Shown in pieces: positions 43,697-51,204 of a DNA stretch of 64,000 bases (positions are counted from its first letter, which is position 1; each line of letters opens with the position of its first letter). Source of the DNA: a virus; the IMG/VR virus record IMGVR_UViG_3300045988_131721, positions 32,001 through 96,000 of that record. One strand, 5' to 3'. The position numbers and the translations under genes were made by a program. The notes under the pieces were generated by a model that was given only the letters and a program-made list of their open reading frames with translations, had not been told where the DNA came from and searched no databases.

Positions 43697-45955
43697 ATGA
43701 TAGTTAAAAAAAGAAATGGAAATATGGTGGCATTTGATAAAAACAAAATAATAGTAGCTATTCAAAAAGCAATGTTAGAAGTAAATATAAATACAGATAG
43801 AGCTTATGATATAACTGAAAAGGTGTTAGATAAAATATCAGATAAAAATGAAATATCTATAGAAGAAATCCAAGATATTATTGAAGAAACTTTAATAGAA
43901 AAAAATTATCCTACAGTAGCTAAAGCATATATACTTTATAGAGAAAAAAGAAAAAGAACTAGAGAGAACCAAGCTAGACTATATGAAGAATCTCAAAAAC
44001 AAATATCAGAAATTATGGCAATGAAAAACATAGAAAATTCAAACGCAAATGTGGATGAGGCTTCATTTAGTGGCAAAAATTCCAAGGTAACTTCTTATTT
44101 TTTAAAAGAATATGCTTTGAATAATTTAATGAGACCAGAGGTTGCAAAGGCACATAGAGATGGTTTATTATACACTCACGATTTAGATAATTATGCAAGT
44201 GGGATGCATAATTGTTTATTTATAGATTTTGAAGATTTATTTAATAATAAAGGTGGTTTTACAACTAGAAATGGTGATGTAAGAAAACCAAATGATATTA
44301 TGACATTTTTTCAATTAGTAGCAGTAACATTTCAATGTGCCTCTCAATGTCAATATGGTGGAATCGCTAGTAATAAAATAGATTATGATGCATCTCCTTA
44401 TGTAGCTATAACCTTTAGAAAAAGTTTTAGAAATGCTTTAATGGATATAGATGGAATAAGTAAAGAACACGCAGAATTAATAATGAAAAATATAGAAGAT
44501 ACCAACGGAGACATTATAAAATTAGAAAATGAAAAGCTTAAATTATTTTATCCTAAACATTACAAAGTTGCAGAAAGACATACTATAGAAAAAACCATGC
44601 AAGGAGCAGAGTCTTTATACCATAACCTTAATACTCTTGAGTCTAGAGCAGGAAGTCAAGTTCCTTTTACAAGTATAAATTTTGGGACAGACACATCACC
44701 AGAAGGAAGATTAGTATCTAAGGCGTTATTGACAGCTAGTATAAATGGTATTGGTAAATTTAATAAAACATCAATATTCCCAATAAGTATATTTAAATAT
44801 GCAAAAGGAATAAATGACAAAGAAGGAACTCCAAACTACGATTTAAAATTATTAGCTTTAGAATCTTTATCAAAAAGAATATATCCTAATTTTTGCAATG
44901 TTACAATAGAGGGTGAAGGTGATATAAATGACCCAGATACCCAATCAGCAACTATGGGATGTAGGACGAGATTAGGGTATGATGTAAATGGTATGGGTTG
45001 GCACAAATCTGGCAGAGGCAATATAACACCTGTAACATTGAATCTTGTTGATATGGGAATTAGACATGGTATCTGTTTAGGTAAAAGAGATGTTGCAGAT
45101 ATTGACGGATTTATGGATGAATTAGAAGAGAATCTAAAATTATCTGAAACAGCATTATTAGATAGATATGAATGGATTTGTTCTCAAAAATCTAAAAGTG
45201 GATTCTTTACTCATCACAACGGGTTAATGAAGAATCTCTTAGGAAGAACGCTGAAAGATGAAGAAGATGTAAAAGAATCGATGAAACATGGCACATTAGC
45301 TTTAGGATATATAGGAATTGCAGAATGTATGTATGCTATGTTTGGTGAAACTCATACATATAATAAAAATGTTTATAATTTTGCATTAAAAATAGTACAA
45401 AGAATCAATTCATTTGCAAAAGAGTGTGTAGAAAGAAATCATCTAAATTTTAGTTGTTATGCTACTCCAGCGGAGGGTAGTTGTTTTACATTAAGAAATA
45501 AATTAGTTGAAAAATATGGTATTATAAAAGGTGTTACAGATAGAGAATACATAACTAACTCACACCATATACCTGTGTATGAAAAAATATCTATTAAAAA
45601 CAAAATAGATTTAGAAGCACCTTTCAGTAAATTAGCGACTGGTGGATATATTTTATATGTTGAATTAGAATCATCTTTTATGAATAATATAACTGCTGTT
45701 GAAAAAATAATAGATTATGCAATGAGTAAAGATGTTTATTATTTTGCATTAAATTTTCCAATAGATACTTGTATGAATTGTGGATATTCTTCAGAAATAA
45801 AAGAAAACTGCCCAAAATGTGGCAGTAATAAAATTGAAAGACTTAGACGTGTCACAGGTTATTTAACTACTGATTATTCTAAATTTAACAATGGTAAAAT
45901 AGCTGAAGTAGAAGATAGAGTTAAACATTCTGTTGGTGATATTAATGAATATTAG
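43697..45955 (+). CDS. nrdD: Anaerobic ribonucleoside-triphosphate reductase (class III)
   Basis: N-terminal ATP-cone (VKKRNGNMVAFDKNKI), C-terminal zinc ribbon CMNCGY...CPKCGS, glycyl-radical motif RRVTGYL. Confidence 0.9.
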   Translation: MIVKKRNGNMVAFDKNKIIVAIQKAMLEVNINTDRAYDITEKVLDKISDKNEISIEEIQDIIEETLIEKNYPTVAKAYILYREKRKRTRENQARLYEESQKQISEIMAMKNIENSNANVDEASFSGKNSKVTSYFLKEYALNNLMRPEVAKAHRDGLLYTHDLDNYASGMHNCLFIDFEDLFNNKGGFTTRNGDVRKPNDIMTFFQLVAVTFQCASQCQYGGIASNKIDYDASPYVAITFRKSFRNALMDIDGISKEHAELIMKNIEDTNGDIIKLENEKLKLFYPKHYKVAERHTIEKTMQGAESLYHNLNTLESRAGSQVPFTSINFGTDTSPEGRLVSKALLTASINGIGKFNKTSIFPISIFKYAKGINDKEGTPNYDLKLLALESLSKRIYPNFCNVTIEGEGDINDPDTQSATMGCRTRLGYDVNGMGWHKSGRGNITPVTLNLVDMGIRHGICLGKRDVADIDGFMDELEENLKLSETALLDRYEWICSQKSKSGFFTHHNGLMKNLLGRTLKDEEDVKESMKHGTLALGYIGIAECMYAMFGETHTYNKNVYNFALKIVQRINSFAKECVERNHLNFSCYATPAEGSCFTLRNKLVEKYGIIKGVTDREYITNSHHIPVYEKISIKNKIDLEAPFSKLATGGYILYVELESSFMNNITAVEKIIDYAMSKDVYYFALNFPIDTCMNCGYSSEIKENCPKCGSNKIERLRRVTGYLTTDYSKFNNGKIAEVEDRVKHSVGDINEY

Positions 45956-46433
45956 TGGAATAGTGTATGATTCAGTTGTTGATGGAGAAGGTTTAAGAAA
46001 TACAATATTTGTATCGGGCTGTTTTCATTTTTGTAAAAACTGCCATAATCCACAAACATGGGACTTTAATTATGGTTATGAGTTTACAGAAGATTTACAA
46101 GATGAATTTATAGAAAAATGCAAAGAAAATATTTTATTAAATGGAATAACTATAAGTGGGGGAGACCCTATTTATAGTTATCGAGAATTAATTCCTTTTT
46201 TAAAGAAGTATAAAAAGAAAAATCCCACACACGATATTTGGTTATATACTGGATTCAAATATGAGGGTATAAAAAACAATGAAATATTAAAATTAATAGA
46301 TGTTTTAGTTGACGGAGAATATATAGAAGAATTAAAGGATTCAACATTGTCTTTTAGAGGTAGTAGTAATCAAAGAATTATAGACGTGCAAAAAAGTTTA
46401 AAAGAAAATAAAGTAATATTATTGAATATATAA
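45945..46433 (+). CDS. nrdG: Anaerobic ribonucleotide reductase activating protein (radical SAM)
   Basis: DGEGLRNTIFVSGCFHFCKNCHN (CxxxCxxC). Overlaps the nrdD 3' end. Confidence 0.85.
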   Translation: MNISGIVYDSVVDGEGLRNTIFVSGCFHFCKNCHNPQTWDFNYGYEFTEDLQDEFIEKCKENILLNGITISGGDPIYSYRELIPFLKKYKKKNPTHDIWLYTGFKYEGIKNNEILKLIDVLVDGEYIEELKDSTLSFRGSSNQRIIDVQKSLKENKVILLNI

Positions 46434-46452
46434 ATTAAAAATAATTAATAAA

Positions 46453-46519
46453 CATAGGTAATTTTTATATCAGTTTTGTTAATACACTACTATAAGAAAA
46501 GGAGGTGATAATATTGTAA
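46453..46519 (+). promoter_or_regulatory. Class II phage promoter cassette, copy 11 (start-stop position reads TTG-TAA)
   Basis: CATAGGTAATTTT, 12 nt, GTTAATA, CAC, TACTATAAGAAAAGGAGGTGATAATA, TTG TAA. Confidence 0.5.
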
Positions 46520-46578
46520 GATGAAATCATTCTAAATAAAACATTAATAAAAATAACAAATTTTAAGGAGATGATGTT

Positions 46579-46815
46579 ATGGTAATGATTTTTATAGATT
46601 CAAAAATAGAACATCTGCAAGAAATCGTAGGGCAAAGAGTTAGTTTGGATTTTGATAGTATGACAGGTGAATTATATATTAATGCATTACAAACAGGAAA
46701 ATATATCAAATTATCATCTAATATAAATATAAATAATGAAGGTAGATATGTAATAATTTCAGATAATGATAATAATAGTTTATTTATAATGAAAGATTTA
46801 AATGAGGAGGAGTAA
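46579..46815 (+). CDS. Hypothetical protein
   Basis: 78-aa ORF with RBS AAGGAGA. Confidence 0.5.
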   Translation: MVMIFIDSKIEHLQEIVGQRVSLDFDSMTGELYINALQTGKYIKLSSNININNEGRYVIISDNDNNSLFIMKDLNEEE

Positions 46816-46822
46816 ATATAAT

Positions 46823-47545
46823 ATGAATATAAAAGTAGGAGATAAAGTTAGAATAAAAGAAGATTTGAGTGAATGTGAATTTGGATATTGTGGTTATATG
46901 GAAGAGTTTGCAGGTAAAGAGACAACTGTAATAAGTACTTTTGGTAAAGGTGTGATAAAGTTAGATATAGATGAACAAGTCTGGGATTGGTCAGAAAATG
47001 TATTAGAATTAATAGAGGAAGGAAAAACAATGAAAATGAAAAGAATAGATTATATATTAAATGCCAGAGATAACATACAAGCGATACTAGATGAAACAGT
47101 ACTAGATTGCGATATATGTCCAGCTTCTTGTGAGAACTGTAATGGTAATTGCGAGTTTCATTATAAAAAATATCTAAATGAAGAAATAGAAGTAAATGAA
47201 TCAGATTTAAAAGACGTTGGGGTTAAAGAAGAATTAGATACAAAAGAGAATATAGTTAACGACACTGTAAATCCATTTATGGAAGAATATGAAAAAATAG
47301 TAATGGATACAATGGAATTGTGTAAACGTAAAAATAAAGATTATGGTAATGCAACAGATGAATCATTTAAACAATTCGGTGATGTAAGTTATTTGGTAAG
47401 ATGTTTTGATAAATGGAGTAGAATAAATACATTATTAAAAAATAGAAAAGCCGAGGTATCTGAATCCCTAGAGGACAGTTTATTAGACCTTAGTAACTAC
47501 TTATTCCTTTGGGTTACAAGTAGAAGATTAAAAGAAAATAATTAA
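46823..47545 (+). CDS. Two-domain protein: N-terminal GDKVRIKEDL module plus C-terminal DUF1599-like (nucleotide-modification-associated) domain
   Basis: C-terminus KNKDYGNATDESFKQFGDVSYLVRCFDKWSRINTLL...EDSLLDLSNYLFLW resembles DUF1599. The N-terminal module is shared with 49219 and 50426. Confidence 0.5.
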   Translation: MNIKVGDKVRIKEDLSECEFGYCGYMEEFAGKETTVISTFGKGVIKLDIDEQVWDWSENVLELIEEGKTMKMKRIDYILNARDNIQAILDETVLDCDICPASCENCNGNCEFHYKKYLNEEIEVNESDLKDVGVKEELDTKENIVNDTVNPFMEEYEKIVMDTMELCKRKNKDYGNATDESFKQFGDVSYLVRCFDKWSRINTLLKNRKAEVSESLEDSLLDLSNYLFLWVTSRRLKENN

Positions 47546-47619
47546 TCAATGCAAGGTGATGTTATGAGCAAAAAATTGATAGGATAGGAGAAAAAAGATT
47601 TAATAATTTTGGGAGCGAA

Positions 47620-48342
47620 ATGATTATAGTTAGATATAAAAAAGCAAAAAATATAGATGTTTATTTTCCTCAATACGATTGGATTGCCAAAAATAAAACT
47701 TATCAGAATTTTAAAAACGGTCAAATAAGTTGTCCATATGAGAAAAGATATTTTATGATTGGCTATTTAGGTGAAGGAGATTATAAATCAAGAGAAAATG
47801 GTAAAGATACTAGGGTTTATGATACTTGGGTTAATATGATGCAGAGATGTTATGATTCTAAATATCACGAAAAATATCCTACTTATAAAGATTGTGGTGC
47901 ATCTGATGAATTTCATAATTTTCAAAATTTTGGAATGTGGGATGGTGATAATTTCTATCAAGTTGAAGATGAAGTAATGTGTCTTGATAAAGATATTTTA
48001 ATTAAACATAACAAAATCTATTCACCCGATACTTGCATTTATGTGCCTAAAACAATTAATAGTTTATTTACTAAGAGACAAAATGATAGAGGTGTCTCGG
48101 CTATTGGAACAACTCCTACTGAAAATGGGAAATACGAGGTACAATGTTGTTTAATTAATCCTGAGACTGGAAAATCAAAACAAGAACACCTAGGTACTTA
48201 TGATACCGAGTTAGAAGCCTTTGAAGTTTACAAATATTATAAAGAAAAAAATATTAAAATGGTTGCAGACTATTATTTTGGAAAAATATCTGAAAGACTT
48301 TACAATGGTATGTATAATTATATAGTAGAAATAGACGATTAA
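47620..48342 (+). CDS. Homing-endonuclease-like protein, family 1, copy 7 (N-terminus disrupted)
   Basis: Full block set. The conserved IDRIGEKRFNNFGSE segment is in frame upstream, but the ATG at 47564 is out of frame by 1 nt in an A6 run. Confidence 0.6.
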   Translation: MIIVRYKKAKNIDVYFPQYDWIAKNKTYQNFKNGQISCPYEKRYFMIGYLGEGDYKSRENGKDTRVYDTWVNMMQRCYDSKYHEKYPTYKDCGASDEFHNFQNFGMWDGDNFYQVEDEVMCLDKDILIKHNKIYSPDTCIYVPKTINSLFTKRQNDRGVSAIGTTPTENGKYEVQCCLINPETGKSKQEHLGTYDTELEAFEVYKYYKEKNIKMVADYYFGKISERLYNGMYNYIVEIDD

Positions 48343-48375
48343 TAATTATAATGAATAAGGGAGGAGGAAATATGT

Positions 48376-48678
48376 ATGTTAAAAGAAAATAAAAATAAAC
48401 AAGTAAAAATATATGAACTTGCAGAAGATTTTTCTGTAATATTAATGAGAGAAGACGTGGATAGAGCTTATAATTGGACGCTTTATTATGACGAAGAAAA
48501 GCCCGATGAAAACAATATCATAGAAGGTATTCAATATGTTGAATGTTGTTGTGACACGAATAAAGAATTAACATTTAATACAGCGTTAGAATATTTAATG
48601 GATGTAACTAGATTTATAGACGTACATTTTGATAGGATAGTTGAAGGCGAGGAATACGACGACCCTTGGGAAGATTAA
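48376..48678 (+). CDS. Hypothetical acidic protein
   Basis: 100-aa ORF with RBS GGGAGGAGG. Confidence 0.5.
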   Translation: MLKENKNKQVKIYELAEDFSVILMREDVDRAYNWTLYYDEEKPDENNIIEGIQYVECCCDTNKELTFNTALEYLMDVTRFIDVHFDRIVEGEEYDDPWED

Positions 48679-48705
48679 ATCCTATTCATTTAATTAAAAA
48701 AGGAG

Positions 48706-49203
48706 GTGATTATTATACCAAATAAAAGTAATAAAATAGGTGCTAAATTTGAAAATAGATTAACAAAACAATTTGAAAAATATAGAAAAGAAGGAAAGGC
48801 TTATATATTTAAGATTCCAACTGAATTTATAGTATTAAGAAAAGGAGCTAAAATCGTATCGGCTTTTCCTAAAAAACAATCACCTTGTCTGGATTACATA
48901 GGTATATTACCTAATGGAAAAAGCATAGTATTTGAGGCTAAAACAACAGCTAACAAAACTTCTTTTCCTCTTTCAAATATAAAAGACTATCAATATGATT
49001 TAATTGATGAGATTCAAAACTATGCAAATAATGTATTCTTTATAATAGAATTTAGAGAATTTAAAGAAGTGTATTTAGTGAGTGGGCTAGCAATCAAAAA
49101 GTTTAAAGAAAATAACAAGCGTAAGAGTATACCATATAAAGAGTTTAAAAATATAGGTATATTAATGAACGATTTAGATGTATTAAAATATATAAATTAT
49201 TAA
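48706..49203 (+). CDS. recU: RecU-type Holliday junction resolvase
   Basis: GAKFENRLTKQFEKYRKEGKAYIFKIPTEF...CLDYIGILPNGKSIVFEAKTT matches the RecU pattern (fE..i......A.i.K.pT...DY.G...G..i.FeAK.T). The start codon context is unusual. Confidence 0.7.
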   Translation: MIIIPNKSNKIGAKFENRLTKQFEKYRKEGKAYIFKIPTEFIVLRKGAKIVSAFPKKQSPCLDYIGILPNGKSIVFEAKTTANKTSFPLSNIKDYQYDLIDEIQNYANNVFFIIEFREFKEVYLVSGLAIKKFKENNKRKSIPYKEFKNIGILMNDLDVLKYINY

Positions 49204-49218
49204 TAAAGGAGAGATGTA

Positions 49219-49959
49219 ATGAGTAAATTTAAGATTGGTGATAAAGTGAGAATAAGAGAAGATTTAAATGAATATAATTTCCATGATATAATACCAGAAA
49301 TGTTAAAATATGCAGGGAAGGAATTTGAAATAATAGATATACGTTATAATGCTATCTTTGGCGAATGTTATGTGTTAAACGATGTTAATTATTTTTGGTA
49401 TGGAGATGCGTTAGAATTAGTAAATGAATCAGAAATTAAAATATTAGGTGTTGATTATACAACAAGCACATTAAAAATAGAAGAAAGTGTCTCACAAAAA
49501 GTAAGGGGATTTGAAATTGTGTCTAATGAATTTAGAAAACATCCAAATGTAGATATAAGAATACCTACACGTGCCACTAGTGAATCAGCAGGATATGATA
49601 TATCTACTCCAATAGATATTAAAATACCACCTCATGGTATATCCGAAGCAATACAAACAGATATCAAAGCATATATGTTATATAATGAATATTTGGAAAT
49701 AGTACCTAGAAGTAGCATTGGATTTAAAAAAGGATTAATGTTAGTAAATACATGTGGAATTATAGATAGTGATTATTATGGTAATCCAGATAATGATGGG
49801 AATATAGGGTTTAAATTTAAAAATTTAACAGATAAAACAGTAGAAATAAAAGCAGGAGAAAGAATTTTGCAAGGGATATTCAAGAAATATTTATTAGCAG
49901 ATGAAGATAATTGTAATATAATTAGAAAGAGTGGGATTGGTTCGTCGGGTACTAAATAA
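49219..49959 (+). CDS. dut: dUTPase with ~100-aa N-terminal GDKVRIREDL extension
   Basis: dUTPase motifs ATSESAGYD, PRSSIG, GIIDSDYYG, RILQGIF, GSSG. Confidence 0.85.
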   Translation: MSKFKIGDKVRIREDLNEYNFHDIIPEMLKYAGKEFEIIDIRYNAIFGECYVLNDVNYFWYGDALELVNESEIKILGVDYTTSTLKIEESVSQKVRGFEIVSNEFRKHPNVDIRIPTRATSESAGYDISTPIDIKIPPHGISEAIQTDIKAYMLYNEYLEIVPRSSIGFKKGLMLVNTCGIIDSDYYGNPDNDGNIGFKFKNLTDKTVEIKAGERILQGIFKKYLLADEDNCNIIRKSGIGSSGTK

Positions 49960-49983
49960 AAATAATTAATAAATTTTATAACG

Positions 49984-50041
49984 GATAGGTAATTTCTTTA
50001 TGCTATCCGTTAATATATAAGTATAGAAAGGACGTGATAAA
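49984..50041 (+). promoter_or_regulatory. Class II phage promoter cassette, copy 12 (variant, box embedded in a hairpin)
   Basis: GATAGGTAATTTC, 12 nt, GTTAATA, TAT, AAGTATAGAAAGGACGTGA. AACGGATAG...CTATCCGTT form an inverted repeat. Confidence 0.45.
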
Positions 50042-50218
50042 ATGAATAGATATGAAATATTACACACATTAACATTAGAACAATTAGCAGAAGTATTAGG
50101 TAAATATAAATTATGTAATATATGTAAATACCAATCAGATAATAAATGTCTAAGTATTTCACATAAAGAAAGTAATTGTTATGAAGGCATAGAACTATTT
50201 TTAAGAGAGGAGTTTTAA
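50042..50218 (+). CDS. Small Cys-motif protein (58 aa)
   Basis: CNICKYQSDNKC...NCYEG. RBS AAAGGACGTGA. Confidence 0.45.
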   Translation: MNRYEILHTLTLEQLAEVLGKYKLCNICKYQSDNKCLSISHKESNCYEGIELFLREEF

Positions 50219-50220
50219 AT

Positions 50221-50424
50221 ATGAGAAACATAATAGATGTTTTAAAACCTATATTGGTCGGTGCTATTCCATTAGGATTTACTGTAGGACTTATTTTATT
50301 TGCTTTATATAATGAATATGGTTGGATTTTATTAAGCATTATTTTATTTTTAACAGTAAGTTTTATAATAGGTAAAACAATTATAGATGATTGGAATAAA
50401 TTTTATAAAAAGGAGGCTAAATAA
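50221..50424 (+). CDS. Small membrane protein (67 aa)
   Basis: Two hydrophobic helices. RBS GAGAGGAG. Confidence 0.5.
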   Translation: MRNIIDVLKPILVGAIPLGFTVGLILFALYNEYGWILLSIILFLTVSFIIGKTIIDDWNKFYKKEAK

Positions 50425-50425
50425 T

Positions 50426-50662
50426 ATGTTTAGTATAGGAGATAAAGTTAAATTAATAATAACAGAGGAAGAATTAAATGAAATTTTAAAAACCAATAAA
50501 GAATTAAAAGAAAGTATTTTAAAATGTTATAATCAACGAGTTGGCACAATAGTTGATAAATTCTTACCAAGCGAACTCATACCAGAAACTTATTATTGTT
50601 TAGATGTAAGTCCAGACGTTGCTTGGAAAGAAAGCGAATTAAAGTTAGTGAATGGAGAGTAA
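50426..50662 (+). CDS. Stand-alone GDKV-module protein (78 aa)
   Basis: MFSIGDKVKLII...WKESELKLV aligns with the N-termini of 46823 and 49219. RBS AAGGAGG. Confidence 0.5.
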   Translation: MFSIGDKVKLIITEEELNEILKTNKELKESILKCYNQRVGTIVDKFLPSELIPETYYCLDVSPDVAWKESELKLVNGE

Positions 50663-50666
50663 TCTT

Positions 50667-50822
50667 ATGAATCTTTTAATTAATTTTATATTATTAATTA
50701 TACTTAGTTATGTTTTAGAAGAATCTTTTAAGTTATTAAAACCGTATAGACATATAATAATTAGCATTGTGATACTATCAGTTGTGTTAATTATGTTTAA
50801 TTCGTTTGATTTATTATTCTAG
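50667..50822 (+). CDS. Small membrane protein (51 aa)
   Basis: Two hydrophobic segments. RBS TGGAGAG. Confidence 0.35.
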   Translation: MNLLINFILLIILSYVLEESFKLLKPYRHIIISIVILSVVLIMFNSFDLLF

Positions 50823-50834
50823 GGAGGATATATT

Positions 50835-51185
50835 ATGAAAATGAACAAAAAAGAATTACAACAGTTTGATGCTTATGTAGAAGAATTAGGAAGAGGACTT
50901 AAAAATACAATATTATGGGAATCTACGGATGAATACTTGAGATTACAATGTGAATATAAGTATGACAGTTTTCTTGTTAATTATATTGAAAGGTATATGG
51001 GGATACAATACGAAGATGTCAAAGACGATATGAGATTGAAATCAAGATTTGATAAAATTTTATTTCCAGTATTAAAAGATATGAGAGAAGAGTTAAAGAT
51101 TGAACACGAAGAAAGAATAAAAGAAGAAAGAAAAAGAGCAAGAGAAAAAGAAATGAAAAAAGGACATAAAAGAAAGATAAAATGA
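50835..51185 (+). CDS. Hypothetical protein with basic C-terminus
   Basis: 116-aa ORF with RBS GGGAGGA. Confidence 0.5.
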   Translation: MKMNKKELQQFDAYVEELGRGLKNTILWESTDEYLRLQCEYKYDSFLVNYIERYMGIQYEDVKDDMRLKSRFDKILFPVLKDMREELKIEHEERIKEERKRAREKEMKKGHKRKIK

Positions 51186-51204
51186 TTGATAAGGGGTGAA
51201 CAAT

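Noticed and set aside
29414-46433. Introns or inteins splitting primase, polymerase, thyX or nrdD, as might be expected where homing endonucleases abound.
   Set aside because: All these genes read as continuous ORFs with a complete motif order. The endonuclease genes are free-standing between genes, not within them.
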